Made by a program: the position numbers and the translations under genes. Shown here piece by piece: positions 11,567 to 22,400 of a DNA stretch of 64,000 nt (its first letter is position 1; every line of letters starts with the position of its first letter). The DNA is from an uncultured Nitrososphaerales archaeon (lineage in GTDB: Archaea; Thermoproteota; Nitrososphaeria; Nitrososphaerales; Nitrososphaeraceae). Location: contig CAVQMO010000012.1 of assembly GCA_963713605.1 (NCBI GenBank), positions 192,001-256,000 on the forward strand, written 5' to 3'. The notes beneath the pieces were generated by a model that saw nothing but the letters and a program-made list of their open reading frames with translations, searched no databases and was not told the origin of the DNA.

Positions 11567-11782
11567 ATGCGAAGAGCGTACTGCACAGTTTGCAAAATTA
11601 TAGTAGATATTAGATCATCTTCCTATGTAAGACTTGCTAATCACAGAGCTGCAATCGGAGGCTTCTGTCCGATCTGTAATTCAGTTCTACTCAATACCAG
11701 AATAATGCCAACCTCCTCCAAAAAACCGAGGGGCATCAAGAAGAAAAGGGAGAAGCTAAGCATATATTCATCTACCCGTTGA
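11567..11782 (+). CDS. DUF5679-like Zn-ribbon protein with basic tail
   Basis: AYCTVCK...NHRAAIGGFCPICNSVL followed by a Lys/Arg-rich tail. Confidence 0.7.
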   Translation: MRRAYCTVCKIIVDIRSSSYVRLANHRAAIGGFCPICNSVLLNTRIMPTSSKKPRGIKKKREKLSIYSSTR

Positions 11783-11943
11783 ATAGTGTAATGACTCATG
11801 ATCATAATACATGAGTCAACCAAATTTTGCATTTATAACTATTTGAAAGCGTGGAGATGACTTGTAAGTTTATGTTGTACAATCGACGGGAAATTGACCT
11901 TTACCATGTAAAGATATAAGCAAACATATCAAAGGACGACATC

Positions 11944-12580
11944 TCAAGGATCATATAAAGATGTTTGTAGCATCGTATTTTGAGCGAAAGAGTTAGTCAC
12001 GTGACTATTCTCTTTATCATACGTTGGAGCTGTCACAGACTGTGGCGGGTACTCATTCATCCACTCTTTCTCTTGTTCATTTAACATAGATATAACTACT
12101 ATTTCCTGAATATGCGCGCGCCTTTTCTTTTCGTATTCTTTGAACCACAGTTCATCATGTTGGTCTTGCAATTCGAGTTGTTTTCTTATATTATACGCGA
12201 AAACAGAATCACCAAGTAATCCTAAATCAGGGAACGAACTTCTTTGCAGTCCCATGTCTGTCTGTATGTTTTGAATAGTAATTGCCCACCCTAATCTGTC
12301 CTGAAACGACTCGCCATTTTTAGGATACTTAGAAATTCTATATCCCAACCATGCGTGGGATAGACAATTCCATCCCTGGCCTCTTGTATAACCACTCGGA
12401 CAGGGGATCCACTCATCTGCCCTAAACTGACCAAGTTGTACTTTTCTGAATTTCTTCTCATACTAATCAGATGTCTTCTTTCTGTGATTTTGGCGCGCAA
12501 AATGACGTCTGTTTGATCTGCCCCATTTATTATTAGATTTTATGAGTCGGCCTTTGGATGAGGCCTTGCGACTAGACATT
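11944..12580 (-). pseudogene. Hypothetical protein, fragmented
   Basis: Overlapping ORFs 11944-12348 and 12291-12500, plus an upstream basic N-terminus. Confidence 0.4.
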
Positions 12581-12985
12581 TCTTTATTAACCTATGATGC
12601 TCTACCGTGACATATATACTTTGAACACCGAATTGGAAATAACATCTAATTTCCCTCGCAGCAACTTTTGATTCAAAAAAAAACATCTGTTTACTTAATT
12701 AGATATACTAATTTTATTAAATAAGGTTATATCTACAAAATAGAGTGTAAATCAACAGGTGAAAATAATCTGGGTCAAATTTACACCTCGCAAAGATGGA
12801 CTTATACGTTTCGACTAAAAGAAGGCCTTTGTTATCGGTAATTTTGCGCTCATGGACGATCAATAAAGTACAGGTCTAATGCCCTGCCGTCGAATCCGGT
12901 AAAATCCTAATCTCGTGTGCGCATACATGCTTCTCTTGCTACAGTTATAACCTTACATACTTCACAGGATCATGTTAAAGCTATT

Positions 12986-13414
12986 CTACTTCAATAATGT
13001 TGTTGCAAATGAAAGTTGATATCCATCCGGTTCACGTATATGAAAATATCTCTCTCCCCATGGAGCATCAATAGGCGCATTTTCAAATATGACATCAGCT
13101 GAAATAGATTCATTATTCTTGAAATAATCATAGAGTTTGTCTACGTCATCAGTATGGAAAATGATCCTTCCAAAATGTTTTCTTAATGTAGTAATACGAT
13201 CATTTTGAATATTTCGATCATTGGTTGGGCGAATCAATTCTAGATTCAAGTATATCTTAGAATCATTTGATTCACCAATTTCATAGGTACTAAATATGTC
13301 ATTAAATGATCCCCCATATATTAGTCTGAATCCTGGTATTTGAGAATAAAATCGACACGACCTGTTCATTTTTTTAATTCTTAGAGTGACGGCAGAGATT
13401 TTGTATACTTTCAT
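12986..13414 (-). CDS. VOC/glyoxalase family protein
   Basis: ISAVTLRIKKM...FY, IIFHTDDVD and PIDAPWGERYFHIREPDGYQLSF. Confidence 0.92.
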   Translation of the reverse strand: MKVYKISAVTLRIKKMNRSCRFYSQIPGFRLIYGGSFNDIFSTYEIGESNDSKIYLNLELIRPTNDRNIQNDRITTLRKHFGRIIFHTDDVDKLYDYFKNNESISADVIFENAPIDAPWGERYFHIREPDGYQLSFATTLLK

Positions 13415-13839
13415 TTCATTTGTAGTGTGACCAGCAAATTGCGTGACGTATAAAAATGCGATTGGTAGTGAGCGTTACTTTCATGAAATATGTACGTTTA
13501 GACCCTAAATATAACTGATGCCAAGAGTTCAGGTGATCTTATTGAACAACCGATTTTTACAGCCATAAATATTGTAGACATGTGATTAATTAAATCAATC
13601 ATACACTCCTTTTGGTATCTAGTTAAATTTATACAACGTCTATCTTAGAGAAAATCAGTGAAAGCTTGTTTGGTTGTTTTGTCTTTATTTCCACATTGGT
13701 CACAACTATCATCCTTTGCTGCCAAATTATGGTGCATGATAGATTTTTGTGCAGGTTACAAGTTGGCAGCCAGTTACATGGAGCAGAGTCTGAGCTAAAA
13801 TCTAAAACTTATTAGCACCAAACATTTCAATTTATCAGA

Positions 13840-14949
13840 ATGGATAATGGAGTATCCAAGAGAGAAAAAGAAGGATCATCATCATCATCATCATCTGACG
13901 CTGGATTCCAAGACTATATGACAGACACTTTGAACAAGGGTATGCTTGCTATAATGATGTCAATAGGTCATAGAACCAAATTGTTCGACATTATTTCATC
14001 TCTTAGTAATCCGTCTACAAGCGAGGAGATCTCATTACAGGCGAAACTAAATGAAAGATATGTTAGAGAGTGGTTAGGTGCAATGGTTGTAAGTAGAGTT
14101 ATCGAGTATGATGCTGCACATAAAACATATTGGCTTGATAAAGAAAAGATGAATTCTTTAACCAGGGCATCAGGTTCATATAACTTTGCAGCTTCTATGC
14201 AATGGATTCCTATACTTGCTCAAGTAGAAGACGATATTGTAAACTGCTTTCAAAAAGGAGGCGGTGTACACTATGATTCTTTTAAGCGTTTTCATGAGGT
14301 GATGGCTGAAGAAAGCGCTCAAACTGTTGTGGCTGGTTTATTCGATTTAATCCTTCCACTCATACCAGGTTTGGAAGAAAACCTCATGAAAGGTATTTCT
14401 GTTTTAGATATTGGATGCGGTAGCGGTTTTGCTATCAATACCATGGCGGCCAGATTTCCCAACAGCAGGTTTGTAGGATATGACATTTCTGAAGAAGCCA
14501 TTAATAAGGCTAGATCTGATGGACGACATCTGGGCAACAAGAATGTATCCTTTGACAGAAATGATGTTTCAAATCCACAAGTCATGAAGACAGATTTTGA
14601 TCTCGTTGTAGCGTTTGACGCTATCCATGACCAAAGAGATCCTGCTAATGTGCTGAAAAATATTGCTAGTATTGTCAATCCGGATGGAGGAATATTCCTA
14701 ATGCAAGATATTCTAGGTTCTAGTTCTCTTGAGAAAAATATCAACCACCCACTTGGACCATTTCTATATACTATCTCTTGCATGCACTGTATGAGTGTAT
14801 CTTTAGCTCAAAATGGGGCTGGTCTTGGTGCAATGTGGGGAGAAGAGAGAGCTATTGAGATGCTTAAAAACGCTGGTTTTACCAATGTCGAAGTCAAAAC
14901 GCTTGCACATGATTTTCAAAACTATTATTACATCGCAAAGAAAACCTAA
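13840..14949 (+). CDS. Class I SAM methyltransferase with N-terminal winged helix (Rv2258c-like)
   Basis: LNERYVREWLG, VLDIGCGSG, FDAIHD and CMSVSLAQNGAGLGAMWG. Confidence 0.92.
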   Translation: MDNGVSKREKEGSSSSSSSDAGFQDYMTDTLNKGMLAIMMSIGHRTKLFDIISSLSNPSTSEEISLQAKLNERYVREWLGAMVVSRVIEYDAAHKTYWLDKEKMNSLTRASGSYNFAASMQWIPILAQVEDDIVNCFQKGGGVHYDSFKRFHEVMAEESAQTVVAGLFDLILPLIPGLEENLMKGISVLDIGCGSGFAINTMAARFPNSRFVGYDISEEAINKARSDGRHLGNKNVSFDRNDVSNPQVMKTDFDLVVAFDAIHDQRDPANVLKNIASIVNPDGGIFLMQDILGSSSLEKNINHPLGPFLYTISCMHCMSVSLAQNGAGLGAMWGEERAIEMLKNAGFTNVEVKTLAHDFQNYYYIAKKT

Positions 14950-15465
14950 AAGTGTATATTTTTGGTGAGAGTATATTTTCTAATGGAATCAGTTGAAAAA
15001 ATATTTTCTCAGGTATTTTACTAAGTATTAGATACATATAGATTGACTAGTGGTATAGTAGTAGTAACAGACATTGTATTTCGAAAATAAAATCTATACA
15101 CCGTTATCCACCAAATGTACCGAAGATGGTATCCAAATTTTTTTCGACCATACCTTGTATCTCTTTTTCTAATTCTATCGATTTCTGAGAAATTTCTTTC
15201 AGAGATCCTTTTCAATTGAGAATATCGGCATGATGGGTGAATTTTTCATATTGTGCACTTCAAAAGTTTATCTGCTCATTTAGCATTTCAAGATAGCATT
15301 GAATAGCTACGGTTTAAGATAACTTTTTAGCAGCGAGATCCTGACTGTCATAGAATAGAAGAATATGTCAAAGTATATCTAACCACAATATAGCTGGATA
15401 GATTATTACACAATCATATTCTCTAAGATTAATAAATATGGCATTGAAGCAATTAAGGTACACTT

Positions 15466-16054
15466 ATGATGCTCCATAATGGACAATTAGTCGTAATAGT
15501 TGTGTTTATGTTAGCTATTGGCATAAATAACTTCACAACAGGTGCCGTCTATGCTTCAGGTAAACGCCTCAAATGATTCTCCTTATAATTCGGGATACGA
15601 CCATGGTTGTGACGATGCCGCTATATCGAATGCATCTGAAAGATATATCAATCAACCAGGAAAGGGACCATCGTTTCATACGGGGGAATTCATGAATGGA
15701 TATTACGTTGGATTCGATGCCTGTTCAAATGGGGCTGGTGACGAAAATGCAGAAAATAATGCTGCGGCTGGAAACCTGAAGGTAATCGCAAATCTAGACA
15801 TGGGTACCTATGGTAATCAATACTGTGCCAGTAGAACGTTTGATATGCGGGTATATGTCCAATTAGAGTTGGCACAGGAAAAAATAGTTGGAGCATGCGA
15901 AGATCAGGAAACAACATTTAGCGGACTTGACGTAACTACAGGTTCTTCGTTCAAAGTTTGTGCTTACGGGAATGATTTGGACTTGTCGGGTTGTAAGGCT
16001 GCCGTAAATGGACCTGAATCTGAACCAGAGCGAGTAATCATCCGAGTTTCCTAG
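15466..16054 (+). CDS. Secreted Cys-containing protein; signal peptide lies in a different frame (likely frameshift near 15560)
   Basis: ATG at 15466 gives a hydrophobic signal peptide; the 15542 frame gives SPYNSGYDHGCDDA...GFDAC plus a C-terminal beta domain. Confidence 0.65.
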
Positions 16055-16277
16055 ACTACAAGCACTATGTAATGACTTGTTTTGAATATTTTTCTTTTAT
16101 CCATGAAAAGAATGTTAAGCAGTTCGTAGGTATACTGATTCTATTTGTATTTAATAAAGTCAATTTAGTGTCATTTCGTCGATTAATCTAGAAAAATAAA
16201 CTGCATTCAAAATCGACTGACTTCCTTTGGTTTCTCCTTCGAGGAAATGTTGATGAATTTATGCCTGAGAAATATCT

Positions 16278-16727
16278 TTATATTAGCCCCCCAATTCTTT
16301 GGATATTTTGCCAGGAAAAGTAAAGCTGGATAGATTCTAATGCCTTGAGTTTCCAGTGGTAACTAAGTATTCTACATGTCGCAATGTGAGTGTCATAAAT
16401 CATCTTACCTAATAGAGTCAGAGAATATCTACCATTCTGTCTTCTTATCAAACCGGTTTCTATTAGTCTGGATATTCTAACATAGTACTGTCTTGTTGTG
16501 AGCCCCATCTTTAGAATTTGAAGTGGCGCCCTATTGACATCATTATCATCATCTGCAAGGGCTACAGTATTAAATAAAACTAGGGCCTTGTTGTCAGATA
16601 ACGCTTCGTATACATCTTCTATAGATACGTTTTCTGTTTTCAATTTTTTGTTATTAATACCCTTTTCGTGTTCATATTTATAAAATAGAATGAAACTAAA
16701 ACTTAAGAATGAATACAATGTATACAA
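16278..16727 (-). CDS. Winged-helix DNA-binding protein
   Basis: ALSDNKALVLF...GLTTRQYYVRISRLIETGLIRRQNGRYSLTLLGK. Confidence 0.75.
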   Translation of the reverse strand: MYTLYSFLSFSFILFYKYEHEKGINNKKLKTENVSIEDVYEALSDNKALVLFNTVALADDDNDVNRAPLQILKMGLTTRQYYVRISRLIETGLIRRQNGRYSLTLLGKMIYDTHIATCRILSYHWKLKALESIQLYFSWQNIQRIGGLI

Positions 16728-17031
16728 GCGATGTAAGTTCTGCTATTTGCCTAAGAAAAAAGATAGAGTCATAACTTTAAGGGTTAACGAGAATGATTTT
16801 AGGATAGTTGAAGGTTTTGCGGAGGCCAGAGGATTGAGTGTTAGTGCATACATTAGCTCAATTATCAACTCTCAAACAGAATTTTATATACCATTAGCAT
16901 CTAGCGAAAAGGTTTCTATCCCGAAGAAGGCTCTGTATTCATTATTCTCATATGCTAGCAAGGATAATTTAGACGGCCTAGTAGATAATTGGGGAACTCT
17001 CCAGTCCATGAATGTTTACTCAGTTTCTTGA
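16690..17031 (+). CDS. Ribbon-helix-helix (CopG-like) protein, probably truncated
   Basis: VITLRVNENDFRIVEGFAEARGLSVSAYISSII. Confidence 0.7.
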   Translation: MKLKLKNEYNVYKRCKFCYLPKKKDRVITLRVNENDFRIVEGFAEARGLSVSAYISSIINSQTEFYIPLASSEKVSIPKKALYSLFSYASKDNLDGLVDNWGTLQSMNVYSVS

Positions 17032-17060
17032 AAACCTCCAGGATGGAAGTACCGTATTGG

Positions 17061-17264
17061 TTACGGTCCGTATTTCATTATTCTCAACAACTCTGCACGA
17101 ACTAGCTGACCTAGATAATCACATAATTGAGGATACGTTAGATCTGCATCGAAGGAAATATGTGTCTTCCTGCACTTGAAGAAGGAAGAAGGCGATCCAC
17201 TCCTTGATAACACAACTTTCAAGATGGCGTTTACTATTTCATTTCTGGATCTATTCTTTTTCAT
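17061..17264 (-). CDS. Small winged-helix protein (HTH_45-like), possibly truncated
   Basis: RSRNEIVNAIL...KTHISFDADLTYPQLCDYLGQLVRAELL. Confidence 0.7.
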   Translation of the reverse strand: MKKNRSRNEIVNAILKVVLSRSGSPSSFFKCRKTHISFDADLTYPQLCDYLGQLVRAELLRIMKYGP

Positions 17265-17388
17265 GTGGTCAGTAAGAGTGATGAAAAAATTGGATGTATA
17301 TAGCTATTAACGCACTACGTAAAGAAGGAGAGGGGATGTAGGATGAAGACAGACTTCAGTTCAATAAGTCGATGAACGTGAGTGAATA

Positions 17389-18439
17389 TTATTTAGTTTT
17401 CCTGAATTTGTCTACTTCCTGAAGCACCTCATTTAGATATCTTTTCATAGCTTCTAATTCATCTGTTGTGTCATTTAGCTTTGATCGTGATTCATCATAT
17501 AATTCAGTAAGTTTTAAGAAACTTTCAAACATTGAAACATAAGATAACACAGTTGATTTACTTGTTGAATAAGTTGAAGTGCCAATAGACTTCTTCTACA
17601 ATGAGTTTTGAATCATCCTTCAGCTCTGCAGCTAGAGAGAACTTCTTATCTACTATCAATACTGTAACTGTAGAACGCGAAGATGGTTCTATACGCCGAA
17701 TATGTGTGTGCGTACTTTGCTTTTCGAGATCCTTAGCTAACATCTCAAGTGTATCGTTCATAGGTGTCAACATAGTTACAGTTAGATCACGAGAGTTTGC
17801 AGCTTTGACAACACGTTGAACACCTCCTACATTCATCTGTCGTATATTTGCATTAACACTAGAGAATAGCACCAGGATTTCCTTTTCGGCAAGATCTATG
17901 AGCCTTATTGCTATCTGTTGAGCTTCATTGGGGCTACGTATGATTTCAATTACCTCTGGAAGTTCACCCTTCTCAATTTCATTAATTTTTTGCTGTCCTG
18001 AGATGGCTTTGTTCCAGAGTGTTTCGAACACGTACTGTTGTTGTTTCACTGTTTCTTTTACATTCCAGTAAATTAATTGAGATGCTAATTTTCCTTCCTT
18101 ATGAATGACCTCAGGAATCATGCATTCTGTATCGCTCACATAAAAGGTTCCAGCAATACCATCCAGATGACGTAGTTCATTGACTATTCCCATTAGTTTT
18201 TTGCAAGAATCTACGTTACTTGTAGTAATCTCAGTTATACATCTTAACTTAACTCCTCTATTCAGAGAATCTATAATTAATCCTTTAATTTGATCGTTAT
18301 CGATACTTAATGATGGACGAGTATAATCTATACATGCATCAATTCTTGTATCTGCTCTGGATTTAAAGCTCAACGCGGTTTCTATCACCTTCTCATCACC
18401 CTTAATAATCTCTGCAATCTCTCTATCTTGATTATTCAA
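17389..18439 (-). CDS. Histidine-kinase-type tandem input domains with a C-terminal coiled coil and no kinase domain; frameshift near 17590
   Basis: RCITEIT...ELRHLDG...QQQYVFETLWNKA; TVLIVDKKFSLAAELKDDSK resembles 7342-8583; continues STYSTSKSTVLSYVSMFE...KTK*. Confidence 0.75.
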
Positions 18440-19062
18440 ACAATATGAACGTGTAATGATAATTGCTCGAATAATTAAAAAATATCGCTGACATATTCAG
18501 AAATAGTTATAGTAATATTCAGAAATAGTAATTTGTTGGAAATTCTGTAGAAAGATGAGTCTATCTCTACACAATCAAATGCGTTAGAATAATATTTCAG
18601 CCACCTCAAATTCTCGATAGATTTAGGATAAAATGGTCCTTGCCATGATGAGTTAGCTCCAACCTGAATATTCCTATGTAATATTGCATCGCTGTTGTTG
18701 CATACTCACGTATAACCACAAACAGATAATCATTCTGTGGTTCAAATGGTTAAATACCATTACTCTAGCGCTTTTGTTATCATAATATTCGTAATAGTCA
18801 TTTACATTATGGCTAACGCTTGAATTAGATAGTATTGGTTTGAAACACCACAGTATTATCATCTGCTCCCAGTACCTTTGATGTAATGTAAACTAATCTT
18901 TGAATATTTATCCCAATGCATATTCTGAAGCGTTTTATCTACATAATAAAAGATTAGATAGCTATCATACGAAACCTGGCAAGTACTTATATCAATACTC
19001 TTCTAATAGTCGGGAGGATAGGATCAGGTATTAACCATTTCTCGCTATTAAGCAGAGTTAGT

Positions 19063-19254
19063 ATGCCACCGACTAAAGAATGTAGTTGTGATAGGCGAAT
19101 CCCTCATTCAGTTGAATTTGTGATATTGGGTTCGAAAATAGAGTTGCAATGCCGCACATGCAATGGTACGATTAAGTGGTGGAACGAAGAAACTAATAAG
19201 ATCATACCTTTCAGACGCTCGTGGTATGACGAAGAGAGTTCTTCAATGCGTTAG
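19063..19254 (+). CDS. Small Cys4 Zn-ribbon-like protein, paralog of 31214-31411
   Basis: ECSCDRR...IELQCRTCNG..KWW; the in-window paralog supports coding. Confidence 0.8.
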   Translation: MPPTKECSCDRRIPHSVEFVILGSKIELQCRTCNGTIKWWNEETNKIIPFRRSWYDEESSSMR

Positions 19255-19349
19255 CTTCTCGCTCGTTCTAATAGAAAAAATATCAGATTTATGAGAGCGT
19301 CTGAATTTGCCTAATGTAAATAAGCAAAACTCGCGTGCTGGTACCAAGT

Positions 19350-19607
19350 ATGAATACCAAATATTTGGTTATCGTGGCAGCAATAACGGCTATTCTGGTC
19401 GGAGCAACAGCGCTTGCAACAACAGACAGTGCATATGCATCTGATAAGAACCAAGCAACTTCACAAGCGAATGCTTGTGGCAATGGTGAACTACCGTTGA
19501 ATGTTGGATGTCAGAATGTTGGTTCACAGATTCAAGGTGACGAGAACGGAGTAGCATTAACAGCACAACAAACATTCCCAGCAATCGGCAACGATAATGG
19601 GAAGTAA
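19350..19607 (+). CDS. Small secreted Asn/Gln-rich protein with a Cys pair
   Basis: Signal peptide ending SAYA, then NQATSQANACGNG...GCQNVGSQIQGDEN; T-rich terminator follows. Confidence 0.85.
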   Translation: MNTKYLVIVAAITAILVGATALATTDSAYASDKNQATSQANACGNGELPLNVGCQNVGSQIQGDENGVALTAQQTFPAIGNDNGK

Positions 19608-19975
19608 GCATTAACAGCACATAGAATTCTTTGACCGTACTTGAAACTGACTCTTCCTTTTTTATTTTTTCTGTACATTAAGTTGAGAAATCTATAATCA
19701 GATAATGAGTATTAATTATGGTCCTAGATTGCATTAATGAAGCTCTGAATAAAATTGATAGGAGTAACAACAAGTAACAACCGACTCGCTTTTTTTCTTT
19801 TACGCAAAATCTATTAAACTCATCCACTGAACGTATATATTCTAAAGAAACTTCGTCAATAGCCGATCGTCGGGCAGGGATTATTAATACCGTGTGCTTA
19901 GATGCCAAAAATATTCAACTGTTAACTAAAAATATACTTTAATTCCTATTTAGAAAGTTAGGCGATATATCTACA

Positions 19976-20437
19976 ATGACATACATGTCCAAAAATGAAA
20001 CACAAAAATTTCTTATGCAAGGTACTTTTACGGCAAAACTTACCACAGTCAACAAAGATGGAAGCCCGCACGTTGTTCCAGTTTGGTTCGTATTAGATGA
20101 ACGAAAAAATCGAACAACTAAGAAAATAGAAGATATTATTTTTACTACATATAAGGATTCAGTTAAGGTAACAAATATTCAACGCGATAATAGAGTGAGT
20201 ATTTGTGTAGATGATCAGACTCCCCAGTTTTCGTTTGTAATTATTCATGGTACTGCAAGAATAGTTCGTCAGAAATATAACGAACTATTAAAGTGGAATA
20301 CCAGAATAGCAGAACGATATATGGGTAAGAGGAATGCAAAAGCGTATGGGGAAAGAAATACTACTGAAGATGTTATTCTCGTACGTGTAAAGCCTATAAA
20401 AATAATAGCGGAGAAAGATATAGCTGCATGGGAATGA
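19976..20437 (+). CDS. PPOX-class F420-dependent oxidoreductase
   Basis: AKLTTVNKDGSPHVVPVWF, KVTNIQRDNRVSICVD and IAERYMG. Confidence 0.92.
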   Translation: MTYMSKNETQKFLMQGTFTAKLTTVNKDGSPHVVPVWFVLDERKNRTTKKIEDIIFTTYKDSVKVTNIQRDNRVSICVDDQTPQFSFVIIHGTARIVRQKYNELLKWNTRIAERYMGKRNAKAYGERNTTEDVILVRVKPIKIIAEKDIAAWE

Positions 20438-20544
20438 TATGAAGATTGCCTTAGTAACGTTGAAATTGACCAGCATATTGGATCTGATAGAATCATGTCA
20501 TAGCCAGATCTCGAAATCAGTTCATGCTTTGTTCAATGGATGAT

Positions 20545-21600
20545 TCAATTGTTTGGTACGGTTGAAAGAAATGTATTTAATATCTTACCGATTTCATCTG
20601 GATATTGATTCATTACTGCATGACCAGCATCTTTGATCTGTACAAGCCATGCTCCCGGAATTTTACCTGCAAGAATTAAAGCATTTCCGTGAGGCATGTA
20701 GTCATTATCGTCTGTTCCAGTTATGACCAACGTGGGTTTTGCCAATTTCGCTTCCGCATCACAAGCACCACTCCAGTTGGTATTCTCCCAAATAACTAGG
20801 CTGTTCTGCTTATTTGCTATTTCAGGGGGCAAACCAGGCTTCAATTGTTGTAATGATGTAGTGTTTGCTGGAATGTCAACTGATTCAGGATGCAGTTTGA
20901 CCCATCCCGATCCTAACGAGGCAACATTAAGCGCTTTCAATTCCTCAGTAATGGGAATATTTTGTAGAGATTTGTTTACAACATCAGCTTGCAATTTCAG
21001 AAATTCAGCTGGTTTAGGTATGCCATCTTTCCCACCACAAGTCGAGGCAATAAGAATAAGGCTGTTAACCTTTTGTGGATGGCTGATAGTAAATGCCTGA
21101 GCTATATGTCCTCCTAAAGAATATCCCATAACATCTGCTTTTGGTATTTTCAGAGCATCAAGCAAACCAGCTGTATCGTTTGCTAGTTGCAGATAGGTGT
21201 ATAGTTTGGAACCAACTGTTGAATTTCCAATTCCACGTTGATCAAACGCAATCACTGTGTGATTTGAAGAAATTTCTGTTAGAAAGGAAGGATCCCAGGC
21301 ATCCATACTATCAGAAGCGCCATTGAAAAGTATTATAGGGTCACCTTTACCAAACATCTTGTACGCAATATCAATATCTCCAACATGGACTTTTTCTAAT
21401 GGGATATCCTGTATATTTACCAAATTCGTAGAATTGGAAATCGTTTGGTCTGGATCTGATTGACCATACACTACTTTAGTAATGTCAAAACTACCATGGT
21501 TACTAATTGATGGGCTTGCGATAACAAGCGTAGATATGACAGCAATAATGACTAGATGAACTTTCCTAACAAGTCTGTGACTTGACACAAATCTCAGCAC
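20545..21600 (-). CDS. Secreted alpha/beta hydrolase
   Basis: Signal peptide, DQRGIG, GYSLGG nucleophile elbow and DAGH catalytic His. Confidence 0.92.
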   Translation of the reverse strand: MLRFVSSHRLVRKVHLVIIAVISTLVIASPSISNHGSFDITKVVYGQSDPDQTISNSTNLVNIQDIPLEKVHVGDIDIAYKMFGKGDPIILFNGASDSMDAWDPSFLTEISSNHTVIAFDQRGIGNSTVGSKLYTYLQLANDTAGLLDALKIPKADVMGYSLGGHIAQAFTISHPQKVNSLILIASTCGGKDGIPKPAEFLKLQADVVNKSLQNIPITEELKALNVASLGSGWVKLHPESVDIPANTTSLQQLKPGLPPEIANKQNSLVIWENTNWSGACDAEAKLAKPTLVITGTDDNDYMPHGNALILAGKIPGAWLVQIKDAGHAVMNQYPDEIGKILNTFLSTVPNN

Positions 21601-21639
21601 GCAGCGAAGTATTAAAAGATTCCTGGCTTAAACAAAGAG

Positions 21640-22287
21640 ATGTCCCAGAATTCCGCTGCTTCAAATACTGCATCCAACATTGTAGATATTTCAGACTTTT
21701 CAGGTTTAGATAGTAATACTCTAGACCAGAGCAATACCCAGAGTAATGAACAGACAGTGGATGGATCTGCAGTATCTAATGGTGGTAACAGCTATATTAA
21801 TATCGATGGACTTACGCCCAACAATGGTGTAAGTCAGGACAACCTACAGAACAACGAAAATACAGATGAAGACTCGACAGCAACTAATGAGGCTAGTAAT
21901 AATGCCAATATAGAGGGTGGAGAAGATTTTGATACATTCTCTAGTAATAATGAGGTGGACCAGGTTAATTCACAGAGCAATGAAAACGTAGAAGATGATT
22001 CCACGGCAACAAATAAAGCAAGTAACAACGCAAATATCGAAACTTCACAAGATCCTGACACAGGCGAGATGACAGAGTCGAATAACAATGAAGTTGATCA
22101 AGACAATGAACAGAGTAATGAGAACATATCGGATGATTCAGAATCATCTCATGAGGCTAGCAACAACGTAGATATCTCAGGTTCATCCGATAACTCTATA
22201 GAACAGAGCAACAGTCAATATTCAGAAGATGTCGAAGATGGCTCAAGTAGCAAACAAGAGTCATCAAACAATGCAAGCTTCGAATAA
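21640..22287 (+). CDS. Asn/Gln/Ser/acidic repeat protein (predicted beta-solenoid); no signal peptide visible
   Basis: Five repeats of N-x-V-x-Q-x-N-x-Q-x-N-E...DS...N-x-A-S-N-x-x-x-I. Confidence 0.75.
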   Translation: MSQNSAASNTASNIVDISDFSGLDSNTLDQSNTQSNEQTVDGSAVSNGGNSYINIDGLTPNNGVSQDNLQNNENTDEDSTATNEASNNANIEGGEDFDTFSSNNEVDQVNSQSNENVEDDSTATNKASNNANIETSQDPDTGEMTESNNNEVDQDNEQSNENISDDSESSHEASNNVDISGSSDNSIEQSNSQYSEDVEDGSSSKQESSNNASFE

Positions 22288-22400
22288 GCCTGGTCTTCCA
22301 TTCTTTTTATTTAAGTGATTGATAGTACCCAAGATATAGTTACTGAAGCAACAACTCAGAAGTCTTGCTTTAACACAGAATTTCTATTTATAGATTGAAT

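Noticed and set aside
18492..18530. Short tandem duplications (also near 1465, 36430 and 58240)
   Set aside because: Two-copy AT-rich duplications consistent with slippage; no shared motif among them.
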